Made by a program: the position numbers and the translations under genes. Below, piece after piece: positions 1 through 13,607 of a stretch of DNA of 32,027 bases. Under the pieces are notes generated by a model. The model was not told where the DNA came from. It searched no databases and saw nothing but the letters and a program-made list of their open reading frames with translations. The stretch's first letter is position 1, and every line of letters starts with the position of its first letter. The stretch is from Atractiella rhizophila. Taxonomy: Eukaryota. The stretch is taken from assembly GCA_021432655.1 (NCBI GenBank), contig MU271567.1, forward strand, positions 1 through 32,027. Direction: 5' to 3'.

Positions 1-95
1 GAGGACGGTGTCGGAGATTCCGGCTCCGGGAGGTCGGCGGCAGAGGGAGGGAGGAAGGGAGAGCGTGGGGGAGATGGGAAGGGCGTCGTCTCCAT
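1..95 (-). CDS. 5' end of a gene running off the left edge (Pro/Ser-rich N-terminus, product unknown)
   Basis: CAT at 93-95; the reverse complement reads METTPFPSPPRSPFLPPSAADLPEPESPTPS with no stop to the window edge; divergent from the gene at 323. Confidence 0.4.
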   Translation of the reverse strand, partial: METTPFPSPPRSPFLPPSAADLPEPESPTPS

Positions 96-200
96 CGCTG
101 GTGAAGAAGAAGGAGGCGATCGGGATGTCCGCAAGAGATTAAGGCTGGATTACGGAAAATTTGCGGCCTTCTTTCCATCAAGCAGCGGGCGGAAGTATTG

Positions 201-214
201 AAGTGACGTCACTT
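201..214. promoter_or_regulatory. Perfect 14-bp palindrome AAGTGACGTCACTT containing a CRE/ATF site (TGACGTCA)
   Basis: Seen directly, about 110 nt upstream of ATG 323. TGACGTCA is the established ATF/CREB (Atf1/Sko1-type) consensus; function here is inferred. Confidence 0.45.
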
Positions 215-322
215 TACCTCTTCATCTCTCTCACAGTGCATAAAAAGCGCGCTTTATTGCTATCACCCTCACACTATAACTGATACACAATTTTGAAGCT
301 TTGGAGTCTAGAAAATACAGCA

Positions 323-782
323 ATGTCGCTCCTCAACGGCCCCCAACAAAACTCGTCCACCTCTCCCGCCCGCGAACCGTCCACCAACCCCTCTCACGTC
401 CCGAACCCACACAACAGAGCAGGAGGCGGAAACTGGGAGGCATACGAGTGCGTCACTTCCCCTAACCGATCTACCAGCACTCACCATTCAAATTTTGAAT
501 TTCACTGTGGTTGTCCCACAGGAAGAAGAACGAGACAGGTCTTACTGCCCTTGCTCATGGAGCAAAGGATACCGTGAATTCCTTCGCGGATAAAGCTGGG
601 GAATTCGTCACTGGAAATCCTTCTTCTGGGACGAGTGGACTCGGAGGCTCAGACGGGAGTGAGTTGGTGTCTTTTTGCGGTTAGAAAGGTTGTTGAGATT
701 CACTTTGGTAGATCGGGAAATTCTTCACGGTGGAAAGGAGACAAAGGAGAAGTCGCATGCAGATAGAGGTGGAGCACTTTGA
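323..782 (+). CDS. Small 3-exon hydrophilic protein (~110 aa), hydrophilin/LEA-like composition
   Basis: Introns GTGCGT..CACAG (~448-521) and GTGAGT..GGTAG (~659-711) splice in phase to give MSLLNGPQQNSSTSPAREPSTNPSHVPNPHNRAGGGNWEAYEKKNETGLTALAHGAKDTVNSFADKAGEFVTGNPSSGTSGLGGSDGNREILHGGKETKEKSHADRGGAL*. Confidence 0.65.
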
Positions 783-1019
783 CGCTCTCAATTATGAGGT
801 TGTGTAGATATGAGAAAGGAGTGTGCATAGGAAAATAATGTGAATATCCATCTCGCAAATTCCTCATACACCAAATTCGATGAACCAATGTGAGGATCCA
901 TGCTCTTGCTTTCTGCACATTACCGCTTGGAACAATGAGATAACTGCCAAATGTATTTTATAATTAGCTTTAAAGATCGTGTAATACCACGCTTGTCACC
1001 CAGAACATAAAAGTTTCCA

Positions 1020-3301
1020 TTAGAGAACCTCCTTGACGTCCGACCTAGCATCCACCTCCGGCGACTTCTCCTTATCGTCGAGACTATCGACATCATCGTT
1101 CTTCGGCCCAGGAGCGAACCATTTCTCAAGTCTATTCTCCTCTCCCTCCTTCACGCCCATCGTCGACGTATCGTATCCATTCGCTTCCAAATAAGCGCGG
1201 AACTGCAACACCCACAACGTTCATCAGTCTCTATTCCGTGCTGTTCTGACACAGAGAAAGAGATGGAAGAGGAATAGAAGGGGTCGCACCTCAGCGTCGG
1301 CATCGAGGAGATGGTTACCGCCGATTTCGGGAAGGAAGAACCAAGCGACGATGGCGGACAGGATTGCGAGACCGCTCCCAATGTAAAAGGGTCCAGTTTG
1401 GCCAGCTGTTCCACTTCCAAAGTCGTCAATGATCACTGGGAACACCCAGGTTCCTGAAAACCATCATTTTCATCAGTTATCGGCTATATGAGCGGAGGAT
1501 GATGAGATGAGAGTTCTTACCGACGAAGGCTCCAATCTTTCCGACAGCTGCTGCTCCGCCGTAGACTATTTCTTATACTTAGAATACGTTCTTTGTCTTC
1601 AGCGAAAGAGCGAAACTTACACTTTCCCCTGAATGCCGTGGGAGAGACTTTGGCGGCTAGAAGTCCGAGACAGTTTCCTGGGCCTGCTTCTCCAAGGGAA
1701 AGGAAAATGCCTATGTCGTCGCCCCATCAGATGTCTGATAATATTGGCAAAGAATTAAGTCTGTACCGTAGGCGACGGTGAATCCGCCAATGTGTTTGAT
1801 GAGATGATCGTCTGTTGAGATTTGGTCAGTTCGTGTTCAAGATTGAGGTGGAGGTGAAGAAACTAACATCCTCCGCTCATGCCGAATCCGAGGATAGCTA
1901 AGCGATAACAAGTCAGTGTATTCCTATTCTTACCGCCTACTGTGCACAGAGAGACAATGAAGGCTCACCTTGGAGGATCAGACAGATGCACATTAAGCGT
2001 TTGGGCCCAACCCAGTCGACAAGCAATGCGCCGCCCATTGTTCCAGGGATGTAAAATAGATTCACCTGCTCACAATAAGCTAGACTCTTGATTGAGCGAG
2101 GTGGGACTTACGACGACGTTCCAACCGAAGACGGTTGTCAACGAAGCGTCAGCACCGATGATTTGGTTAATGATGGTCGAAGAGTAAATACCTGAATTGC
2201 AATCAGAACTCACTCTGTAGAATGATTGAGAGGAATTAGCTCACCAAAGGGGTACACGATGAAATCGTAAATGAACCAGGAGAGGGAAAGAGCGCAGAAC
2301 GGGATCCAATATTTCTTGATGATGAGCCAATAAGGAGTCTTGCCCCTGACGATGGCCTCCTTCCTGTACCTTTCTGGCTCCTGCATTCCGAATCGCCAGA
2401 TGAGAACGAGCAGGGGAGGGATGACACCGAAACCGAGGGAAAGGCGCCAAACGAGTCTAAGGTGGTCTTCTCCACAGATCCAGAGGAAAACGAGCGGGAC
2501 AAAGGAGGAAATGACGAATCCCCAATCGATGGCGCTACAGTCGAGCAATGGATTCAGTCATCCAGTATATGTAGCGTGATAAAGCGTACCTGTTCGTGGC
2601 GAGAGCAAAGAGTCCATGTCGGATGCCTTGTTTGATCGCAGGATCCTCGGAGCTCTCTCCACAGGCGACAGATCCTGCTGGGTATTCTGCTCCAATACCG
2701 ATCCCAATGAAGAAACGCCATGCCGCGAGTGCACTCAACATCCCTCCCGTCGTTCCACCTCCGTAACTGCCGGCACTGAGGGCGGCGAATACTGCAACGA
2801 TCAGGGTCGCCAGGATCATTCCGAACTTTCTTCCCTGTTGTTATTCCTGTCAGTTCTGGTCTTATGATCCAGGGAGATGAAGACATCGAGCAACGAACGA
2901 TCGAATCGGAGAAGTACCCAAAGACCAACTGTCCAACGACCGTTCCAGCAAATGCTGTACTCCTGAAAGCTTTCGCATAGTTTTTCTTTGCGACGGTGTC
3001 TGGGTAGAGGATGCCCAAGATCGTGTTGACATCTCCCACGACTCCGTTTTGATAACCATCTGTGATGCATTTTCAGCATTTGGGACAGCGCGTGCAGAAG
3101 GATGATGGGTACCAGAGAACAGCGCAGTTCCGCAGGCAAAGACCTGGGCCAAAACGATCAGAGCTTGAACCTGAAAGGGTGGAAGGAGATACTAACATTG
3201 CCAATTTTGCCATACCCAAAGCGAGGCTTCTTCTCTCCTGCCTGCTTCACCTCGACGGGGGCAGCCTCGACATCAACAGCGGTGATCTTCTCGTCTGCCA
3301 T
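1020..3301 (-). CDS. GIT1: MFS glycerophosphodiester/phosphate:H+ symporter (Git1-like), multi-exon
   Basis: Start [15 protein letters not shown]; motifs [98 protein letters not shown]; ends [21 protein letters not shown]. Substrate is inferred from the family. Confidence 0.85.
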
Positions 3302-5159
3302 ATCTTGTCACGACGCCAAACTTAAAGCCAACCAACAGCTTTTCCGTAAGTTGAGGGTGACAGACAAGCAAATGAAAGCTAAGGCGCTTTTGACTCCACC
3401 GGTGCCGCTAGATCGGCTTAAAAAACAGCAGCATGAGGTCGGAATGATGGTGGCGATCTAGAAACAATCTCTTACCGAACCTGATGACAAAAATAGCACA
3501 TGATAAAGGCAACATGTCGTTACCGCCACGGAAACGACAAGGCTCGCCAAGGGGGAAGGCTTGGTTGGGATATACAGCAAGTTCTTGGCCTTTCTGAAGC
3601 AGGGAGCTGCTGAGAGTTCGATGGGGAGACGAGCAGGGAGGCGGCAGCCTGCAAGCTGACCCGATTTCAGATGACTGAAAGACCATCTGTGTGCGGGGTT
3701 TTGGGCAATAGGGCACAACCGTTAGGTCCATCATCTGATTGCAGCAGCAGGAGCAATGAATTGTGGAAGGAGAACCTCTTCTCCGTCACGCATCATGTTC
3801 CGGCCAGGGATCAATTTATCACAGCTGGTCGCGTCCTCTCCAATACTGCGATGCTAAAATCAGGCAGGAACGTGCAGGACATTGTTTCTTTGCCTGTTAC
3901 CTCAAAATGGAACTTCGAAGATACCATCTGGACAGTGACCGAAATATCATAATCTGTGTAGGACCTCACCTTGAACGCGGAAACGTTCTTTCGCCATGCC
4001 CCAACTTTCCCCTGTTGATATCTTATACGGGCTACGGTCCACGCAGAAATGAAACTATGGGGGTTCTGATTCACTACTTTCGCTCGCTCGCTCCCCCTCC
4101 CCTTTGGTAACTTGAATTCTTGTTGGAATGGTCTTTTCCCTGAATATAGTTGCTACAAAATACTCATGTAGGATTAGTCATCGGTATTTCTGGAGAGATA
4201 TCAAGCTATTAGTTCAATTCACCGGCGCAACAATTCAAGACCTGAAGCTCGTAGGAGTGGGAGGTCTGTTGGCTAAGATTTCTGCATAATGTCTGAGCAA
4301 TGCTATAGTCGTGGACTTTCAAACAGTCTCGATCACTTCACCATTATGATCACATCAAGGCACTTTATTCACAAGATATCCGTGCTCTCGGTGGATGCGA
4401 TCGCACGTTTCTCAATCGCTTCCTGACGTCTTTCACAGTGCTTAGCTGTGTAGGACTATCTGGACTATACATTTGACAATTGAGTGATGGTAAATACATT
4501 CCAGATTTGATCCAGTTGGATCCACAGACCAGACGAAACATAGTTCTGAGCGAGCTGGACACAGAGGACATGTCGTCCGTCAACCTCAAGCTGAATTCTG
4601 CTAATACATATCATAATGAGCGTCCTGTATCACGCTTGTAAGAATATCTGAACACCTTGATGAAATTGCACAAATTATCCCACAGGCATAAATTGTTTCA
4701 ATCAAATGCAACCACATGACTCAATAAAAATTCGTCAGATTGTCTACATATTCTGATTGTGATAAGCTATAATCGATATTAATCATAATGAAGACGAGAT
4801 TCTGAGAATGTTGTGATGCGAAACCCATCGCATTCTCTGCTTACCAAAAGCAAAAGGTCAACGCACTTGAATGTTGGCATTGCTCCTCCAATTGCAATCT
4901 AATACGCTACTTTGCCGCCCGATGTAACTGTTACAATCAGCATTGTCCCCCCATCTAGCAGCCTAACCCCACGTCTACGTGTTCAGCTACCTGTTCCTGC
5001 CTCGTTCTGGTTGACTGGTGGACTTGCGGAACCTTTCGCAGCCGGGCCCGTCCGCCTTTGTTCAACCACTTCTTTCCGTCAGCCCTCCAACTTATTTCTT
5101 TCGCCAATCAAGTTGCCGCCTCTAGAATCTAGCTGTACTCGTATATTTAATACCGTCTA

Positions 5160-8100
5160 ATGTCAGAACACAACCAAGTACGTTTTTTGTAGCGTTGCTC
5201 AGTCGCTTTGTAACCACCTCGTCTGACTGGACCATGTTCGCCGTGCAGGTCTTACGAGCGTTTTATAAGGAGATAGCGGTGGCGAGACGGCTGGTTGGCG
5301 GTAGGGGACGGGGTATGCCTAGAATGGCGAGAGGAGGTGAGTTATTGCTGTCCTATAGGTTGGGCAGTGGATTTTGGTGGTCGTGAACAAGTGGACCTCC
5401 ACTGCTACAGTCGAGCTGCATGTTGGCAAACTAGGGTTCTCTTTCCTTACTTTAATGCGAGGACTGTTCGTTGACAGGATGCAGCGATTTGTTCAGAGTT
5501 GCACATTCAACATCAATGCAGTCTTTTTGGTCAGCAAGATCGTAGACTTTCTTGTGCACTATTTGGACAGAGTTTCTCGATGATAGCTCTATGGTATATC
5601 ACATTTGCAAAGAAATAGAACTAACACATTTTTGCAGCTCGCCACTTTTCAATACGAACCTCCGCCTTGCCAAGTCTTGCCACTTCTTCGCCCCTGCGAT
5701 CCCGCCACCTCCACACCACTCTTCCCATCCGTGCCCTCTTCCGCAACGTAGAGTCAACCGTTTTCGAGTCTTACATCCGCTCACTCGCTCTCCGTTCGAA
5801 AGAAGTCCTTTCCTCGTCTTCCGACGTTTCACCCCACCTCTCCTACTTCCGCGCACTCATTGGTGACGATCCTAAGACGGTTTCTCTGGACGGGGAAACG
5901 CGAGAGGCGTACGCGGTCGAGTTAGTAGAGAGGTACGAAGAGCTTACCAAGATCTGGGAGGGATTCGGAGAGGTCACTACTGATGCGAATGGGGTCACGA
6001 ACGAGAGTGTGCCGGAATTGAGCGAGGTTTTAAGGAGCGACGAAGCGTTCAATTACTACCTCCGCGCCCTCCTACTCGCCAAAACCTCCGTCTCGTCCTC
6101 TGAAGTCATTTCCCTCGCATCGAAGCGACGCGACTCTATCCTCGCACACCATGGCGTCCAACCAGTTTCAACTCCTCTCCCCTCTGCTTCCGAAGGTGCG
6201 AGCACGGCGGTTGACCCAGAGCTTGCCAAGAGAGAGATCCTCAAGGCAGCGCTCTCGAGGAAGAAACCTAGGTTGGCAGAGCAGGCGAATTGGGCAGGGC
6301 TGGGGCAACGACTGGGTACGGGAGGTGGCGAAAAGGCCAGCGCCGGTGCGAGTGCTGCAGCTAGTAGTGGGAGTGGATTCTGGAGCTTTTCAAATCCTGG
6401 AAAGGCGCCAGGAACGGGAATTAACGACTTTAAACTCGTGATCGAAGAGAGTACGTTTTCTACGTGGCTGTCACAGTCACTATAAAGACAAGAAAGGATG
6501 TCTGTGCTGACATGTTGTTTGTGTGCGTATAGACAAGGGATCAACCACCTTTCGCATCTTTCGCTTTTTGGGAGTTGTTACGGTCGTCACTGTTGCTGTT
6601 CGTCCCACGCTCTCACTTTATGTCTGTCCTAATGAAGTGTGACGGTCATTACAGGGCATCACGTTGATGAGTTGGATGATGGAACACTTCAAATTCAACG
6701 TTGCTGGCGGAGCGGCTGGCGCTCGCGGGTTTGCTACTCAGGCCCCATCAAAGCATCAACCTAACGGGAAGAGCACTACTACCTTTGAGGACGTACATGG
6801 ATGTGAAGAGGCAAAGGAAGAGTTGGTGGAGATTGTGGAATTCTTGAAGAACCCTGTACGATTTACCAAGTTAGGAGGGAAGATGCCCAAGGGCTGTCTG
6901 CTTATTGGACCTCCTGGTTCGTCATCCCATAATATTCTTCGCATAGGAGGTACTGAAAATCGCTCGCGATCATAGGAACCGGAAAGACTCTTCTTGCTCG
7001 TGCGGTTGCAGGAGAAGCTGGTGTCCAGTTCTTCTTCGCTAGTGGTGCTGAATTCGATGAAATCTTCGTCGGTGTTGGAGCTGCAAGGATCAGGGAGCTC
7101 TTCAAACAGGCGCGTGCCAACTCACCTGCCATAGTCTTCATCGATGAATTGGACGCTATCGGATCAAGAAGGAACCCGAGGGATCAACAACACTCTAAGC
7201 AGACGCTCAATCAGTTGTTGGTCGAACTTGACGGGTTCAATCAGACTGAAGGGATCATTATTATTGTTTGTTTTCTCTTTCTCTCTTGATAGAGAAAAAT
7301 GGATGACATCGGATGACAACAGGGTGCAACCAACTTTCCCGAGATGCTGGATAAAGCTTTAACTCGTCCCGGTCGCTTCGACAAAGAGGTCGTCGTCCCT
7401 CTTCCCGACGTGCGAGGTCGACTTAACATTCTCAAACACCATTTGAAAACTATCAAGTACGATCGTTCTGTAGACCTTTCCACCGTCGCTCGCGGAACGA
7501 TTGGATTTTCAGGAGCAGAATTGCAGAATCTTGTCAATCAAGCTGCCATCAAAGCGGCGGTGGATGACCAAGAAATGGTTACACTTCGACACATGAATTG
7601 GGCGAGGGATAAGGTACGTTTATCTTTGATCGAGTGAAGTAAGAACTGACGAAGGCACCTGTGGTAGATTTTGATGGGAGCTGAACGGAGAAGTGCAGTC
7701 ATTACCCCAGAGAACAAACTCGCAACTGCCTACCATGAGGGCGGCCATGCCCTTGTCGCTCTCTTCAATGAACACTGCGATCCTCTCCATCAAGTGACGG
7801 TCATGCCCCGTGGTCGTGCTTTGGGTGTCACATCCTCTCTCCCTTTGATGGATAAGATGAACCGTAGTCACGTCGAGTACCTTGCACGAATCCAGATGGC
7901 AATGGGAGGACGGCGGCGGAGAAGCTTCTCTACGGAAAGGAGAACATAACCGATGGGGCCTCATCTGATATTCGCAATGCCTCGCACGTCGCTCACACCA
8001 TGGTTCGCCATTTTGGATTTTCGGATGCTCTAGGACCGGTCCATCTGGAGAAAGACGATGCTTCGATATCTCCCCAAACTAGAGCCCTGATTGAAAGCGA

Positions 8101-8395
8101 AGTCCGGGATATCATCGAGGACCAACAGACAAAAGCTTACGAACTGCTTGAGAAGCATCGCGTCGAGCTAGATCGCTTAGCCAACGCCCTGGTAGAATAC
8201 GAAACGCTTTCATTGGAGGAAGTCAAGGAGGTGATTAAGGGTGTTCCGTTGTTGGACCGGAAGAGGCAGTTGGAGGAGGCGAAGAAGCTCGATGTGAAGG
8301 AGCATGATGATCAGGTGGGAGGTGATGGGGGCCTAGGGGTGATCGTAGATGGAGGAAAGGAGCAGGAGCCAGCGGGTTTGAAGAGGGACCGGTAA
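5160..8395 (+). CDS. YME1: Mitochondrial i-AAA ATP-dependent metalloprotease (FtsH/Yme1 family)
   Basis: [25 protein letters not shown]; Walker A GPPG/TGKT split by an intron; Walker [24 protein letters not shown]; Zn motif AYHEGGHA; C-terminal [11 protein letters not shown]. The 5' exon model (ATG 5160) is tentative. There is one apparent frameshift at ~7912. Confidence 0.92.
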
Positions 8396-9922
8396 TGTCG
8401 TTCGCTTCTTTCTCTTTTATCCCTCTTTTCTTTTTCTTCCTTTGTAGACGTTCTTGAATCCCCATATGAATAGTTCTCGCACTACTCCACGCAATCCCAT
8501 TTCCTTCATCCCAGTCAACTTCTGGCTGTGGAACTGAATCAATCCTCTTGACCGTCAGTCAGAGTGACAAATATTAGAGTCGATTGAGACAACTCGTTGA
8601 CCGTTACTTCCAACCAAATATGTCCACATTTCGACCTTCCTCACTCTAGACAACAAAGAAATCAGTCCATTATAAAGGTATGGAACCTTGGCTATGTTGA
8701 ACAAACCAATGTTAACGCTCGCGTGTCCCAGTCCGATTGATAGCGTTGTCAAAGCCTGACACTCAAGGAGCTTTCCTCAATGAGAACACAGGGTAGTATA
8801 GCCAGACACATGCATGTCCTTTTATGATTTGTATTAGTTACAGTAATACTGCCGGTTCTTTTGCCCTGACGCGTCTCTCAATTAATGCTCTAGAAACAGA
8901 GTTTCAGCCCCGACTACAATATACATGTTTGAGAACTTGCTATAATCGCATGATTTAGGATCTCGACTTCCTTCAAGAGCACGGCTCTTTTCAAATTTCT
9001 TCCGTCAGGAACTCAACGCCTCCCTTTTTTACGCATACCAAGACATTCCTTCCAAGCTGCCTTGTTGTAGTTCCAAAGCGCGCTCGCCAGTCGTAGAACT
9101 ATTATTAATAATGAGCTTGTCAAAAGCTGAATGCTATTTGGCCGTTGGCAGAAACGAGCAGAACGCTATCACCATGATTTAGTTGGCAGTGCGGTTTCAC
9201 TGTCGCGCTGATCCAGTTACCACTATAGGTAACAAGCTACAGCATGGTTGAAGAGAAGGGATGTTGAAATTCAACTAACAAAGCAGCCCTACTGCAACCC
9301 AAGCTTTCATCGCGTCACGTTGTGAATCAAAGAATGTCAGTCGATTGACACCTTATTTGTTCATAAAGTATTGTTTGCGTGCCGATCTCTGCCAGACTTG
9401 CTCAGCAACAGGTTAGCGTAGCTCTGGGACAAAGACTATATCCAGCGCAGTCAAAAGGGAAAAAGCTTAAATACAAAAGAATCGGGTCTGAGTGAATGGC
9501 GAAGCATTCTGAATAATTTATGTACAAAGCCACAAGTCCCATTGTTTCACAAAGGACGTTAGCTGTTGGGACAGCTGTTATTGACATGTCTATAAGTGCT
9601 AGGAAGAAGATGGGAGTAACAGATGTCCGTCACGATTGGCCACGGTCAACAAATCTTCAATCTTTCCTCAAACGTACTCCAGGTTCAACTGTAGCTCGAA
9701 TTGTTCTTTGAAGGATCAACCATCCAGTCAAGGAAGCATCGGAAGCTCTCAATCAAATAAAATGTCTCTTGATGTAACATTAGATTACATATATGTGTGG
9801 TGTGCTGATATAAGGTTAGGAAGGTAATCAATTGAAGGTAACGGACAGGGGGTCTGACATGAAGGAACCCATGAAAAGTACCGTACCCTTGTTTGATACA
9901 TTTGATACTCACGACTGAATAG

Positions 9923-10336
9923 GTATTGTTTGGCAACGACGTGATGGAGTTCCCGTTTTAGGATCAAGAAGGGTTCGCCAGGTTCTCTTGGCGGCCATCT
10001 TCCCAGAATTTTACACAACAGAGGAAGTAGACGCCTTACACAGAAGAATGGGCTGCGAAATGTCACTTTTTTGGAGAGATTAACGTGGTGCCGGATCGAA
10101 ACCGTTCGACGGGGCGTTGGAGAGCAGGCCAGTTTGAATCAATTCGATGGGCGGGTTCTCCTTCAGATGACCCTCATAGTCTATCTCCATGGTGGGCGGG
10201 CAGTATCATTTCTGGATTATTGAACGAAATGCCTCGAGAATTCAAGAAACATGTTGGTCCTTATCTACAGGTTATGAAGACGGTCAATCTTATGACTGGG
10301 ATGGAAAAGCCACCAAGATTCGTACGAAGGTACTGA
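9923..10336 (+). CDS. Probable exon of an orphan gene (or pseudogene), broken by a T-run frameshift
   Basis: After acceptor CTGAATAG the frame reads IVWQRRDGVPVLGSRRVRQVLLAAIFPEFYTTEEVDALHRRMGCEMSLF; removing one T from T6 (10067-10072) joins it to ORF 10085-10336. No family recognised. Confidence 0.35.
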
Positions 10337-10936
10337 TATATGAACGATGATATTTCAGTCTTGGCATCGCTGCCTATGAAATTTTTTGACATGGACAGTC
10401 AATGACATTGATAACATCATTAAGATCTGTAGTTGATAAAAGAGGAGGCAAATAGGACACCGCAGAGGTACTAGATCAAGCACCGCCGCCCAAGATTGAG
10501 CATCGTCTCTACTGATGAAACGGGGAGCGGCTCAGCCATTCGCGAGAAAAAAGGAAAGACCATTGTGTCAGACTCGTGTGCAGTTCCACTAGACTCCCCA
10601 AGAAAGGGCTAACTGTACGTGATGCTTTTGGTGCGACTGAGGCCCCTATCCAACCTGTCTTGGCTAGCTTAACTGTCCATGAACACTGAGAACCGTCCAC
10701 CATCACGAATTGGATTAATGTTCATGATCTTTAGAACAAGTTTTCCCACGTATAAATGGATTGCAAATTGAACGCCAATATAGTCCTGTGAGTGTACATG
10801 AAAATGTCCATAGAAGAAAGAAGCTGAAACGGACAGGACAAAGAAAAAGTGTGGCGCGATAGAGAACGAACCACTGTTATCTCTCAGACTATCCAGGTCC
10901 ACTTCCTCCGTCCTGATTACCATCTCCGCCGGGTCA

Positions 10937-12264
10937 TCACCAGCTGCCTAACCACCAGTTCATGACATTAACATTTGTCTCTATCTGTTTGTACAACAGA
11001 CACGGAAATAAATTGGTGAATGGACGAAGGGAAACAACTTACTCAGGTCGAAGTCCACTATCGCAGGACCAGCGACGACGCTGATGTCCGACACACTCTC
11101 TGCCCAAGTGAGGAAGATGTAAGTCTGTCCAGTCGCAGAACCGTCAGTCGGAACCCTGCATCTTCCTTCGCTAACAGGAGCGAAGGTAGCTGAGGTCCCG
11201 GATAAAAAGGCACAAAAGAGTGGAGTGTCCTGTGGCGGACTGGGGGTGGAAACCGTGATTTGATCTCCAGGTTGAGGATTTAGAGGTGCAACGGTGAGCA
11301 TTGGGAATGCTTGAAGAGCCTGTGTCACGTTGCGGAGGTTAAGGAAGCTAACAAGAGGAGAGAGATGTCAAAAGCGCACAGGAGCGTTGGGGGCTCCAGG
11401 AACGAACATGGACGCTGCGAGAGTCACAACGCTTCGAGGAGAAATCCCAGCATCGAGTGTAGTTGGGAAGGGTGATTGTCCGTTGACGTATCGAATAAAA
11501 GCGTTGTGCCGAGCTGAAGAATATTCAAGTTTTCCGGCAGGTGCGGGATAGAAGCATACCTTCGATGGTGAGGATGGAACCAGCCGCAGAGAGATATGCA
11601 GGATCCTTTATCAACGGAGCCGCACCTATAGGCATTCGGAAAGCTCAGCAATGTCGTGTGCTTAAGGTAAATTAACTGACCAAGGTAAGCAGATATGCCT
11701 ACACCTTCAAGGATTTGTGCTACTGCCAGGAACGACCTGACATCGGTAGAGCTGAAGGTGTACTCTGACTCTTTGATCGGCTCTACTCCAGCAGCTGTAA
11801 AGGTTGTCAGCTCACGCCGCCGGGAAACTGTGGAGATGGAGGAAAGGGAGAAAGATGACAAACCCTGCAGTGCGGCAATAAGGAACTTAACATGTTCGTT
11901 CTCGTCGACTCGGATCTTTTCGATCTTCTTGAAAATGCTGGGAAAGCCGGCCTGACAACACCGTCGTCGGACTAGTGACTACTCGGAGAGAAAGAGATGA
12001 CCCACGTCTTCAAAATCCGCTTCGGTGTAATTCGACATTCCCTGGTTGTAGAACGTAGCCTCCAAATATTCACTAGGCACTCAGATGTCAGGAAGACGAT
12101 TAAAGAGGACTAAATACGAACAGGGTAAGTGCAAAATTGAGAATATCAATGTCCGTTATGCCATCATATCCACTCTCGTAGCTGTAGTCCTGCCGTTTCG
12201 CGATAGCCGCAGCGGACGTAAGGCCAAGAAGGCAGAGTGCAGGGATGGCTTTAGCAAACAACAT
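10937..12264 (-). CDS. Secreted ferritin-like domain protein, Rds1/desiccation-related family
   Basis: Signal peptide and KR site MLFAKAIPALCLLGLTSAAAIAKR; DIDILNFALTL/EYLEATFYNQG, DENEHVKFL, FLAVAQILEGVGISAYLGAA, AAGSILTIEARH; C-terminal GQTYIFLT..VVAGPAIV. Multiple GT..AG introns. Confidence 0.88.
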
Positions 12265-13607
12265 TGTCCACTTTATAAGTGTCGGGAGAAATTAAGTGAG
12301 AGTTGAGATCGTATTGAAGTGAAAGGAAAGTTGGAGCAACAGGCTAAGTCTTTTATATCGTATCTGCCAGGCATAGCCATGGCCTCATAAGGGATGGCCT
12401 GACCGCTTCACTCGTCCTACTCCACTAACAGAATACGGAGAAGCAAGGTCCGCATATAATCCACGGCGATAGTAGTCGGATCATGATGGGCTGGTGCATA
12501 CTGTTCTCTTTCAAGCCGCTGCACCTCGCTGTATGACTACATAAGTTGATATGCCCTGATAGCTTCCAGACGCAGCCGTGGCCATCATCCATCTTGTCGC
12601 CTCATCTAAACACTGTCGCCTCGTACGACTTCTGAATTTTGAGTTCAATAAAGTGGGATGATATGAGAACCTCGAAGAAGGAAATTCAAAGACAGGCAAC
12701 TAGAGGCACGGGAACAATGGTCAAGACACCGAAAGATGCAGGTAAGATTTTCATCACGTGAAATGTTTCAGACTGCGAAATTTGCGTCCTACTCCCAAGT
12801 TGTAGGCTAGAATAAGAGATTGTCGCTTATTTCTCAAGAGATCAATCCACCAGACTGATACAAATAGTTTGATTGCTCAAGGTTCCTAGTTTTGACCAAT
12901 CGGGACATCCACGCTGATTCCAGTTCGATTTACCAAAAGAGACACCTAAGGAGCTTGTCATTTCATCGATCTTCATGTCAGCACCTCTATTCACACTAGT
13001 GGAAGGGACACGAACGTGCTCCTTGCCGTTTGTAAAAGATATAATGAGAGGTATGAAGAGGATATTGCATGCACAGCTGTTCGATGATGATCTCTAACGT
13101 AACATGGCTGATGTGAACAATACACAGGTCCACCACAAGCAGACAAGGATGCCATCAAGTCGACGTTTCACTTTGCAATTTAGCAATTTACATCTCTGTA
13201 ATCAATTTAGCTACGTTTTAAGGCTGGCCTTCACGGCATGTTCCTTGGCGCAGCTTAGACGTATTCAGGAAGGGGAGAGCACGCTCATGTCACGAAGTTG
13301 GCAAAGAGATAAAAATGTCCCAGAAGTTCGCGAAACATCACTGTTCACTTTGCCCTCTCCCCTTACTATATTAAGATGAGTTGCACCTGTCATGTCATGC
13401 CCGTCGCTCCTGCCTGCCATCAGCCCATGCGTTTACGGCTTCCGCATCAACCCATTCAGTATGACAACTCTGGTCGGTTTGTGGCCAAGATACACTTCGC
13501 TGCGGGTGCAATGGAAACTTCGGATGGTTCGGAACATTACAGTACTGTCAGGGCCAGTTCAGTCCATCAACCGAAACGACTCTAGCCAATAGTCAAGAGT
13601 ATTTGCA

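Noticed and set aside
4320..4782. Possible decayed + strand ORF with only three internal stops over ~150 codons
   Set aside because: No recognisable motif or splice structure; the stop deficit is too weak to call a pseudogene.
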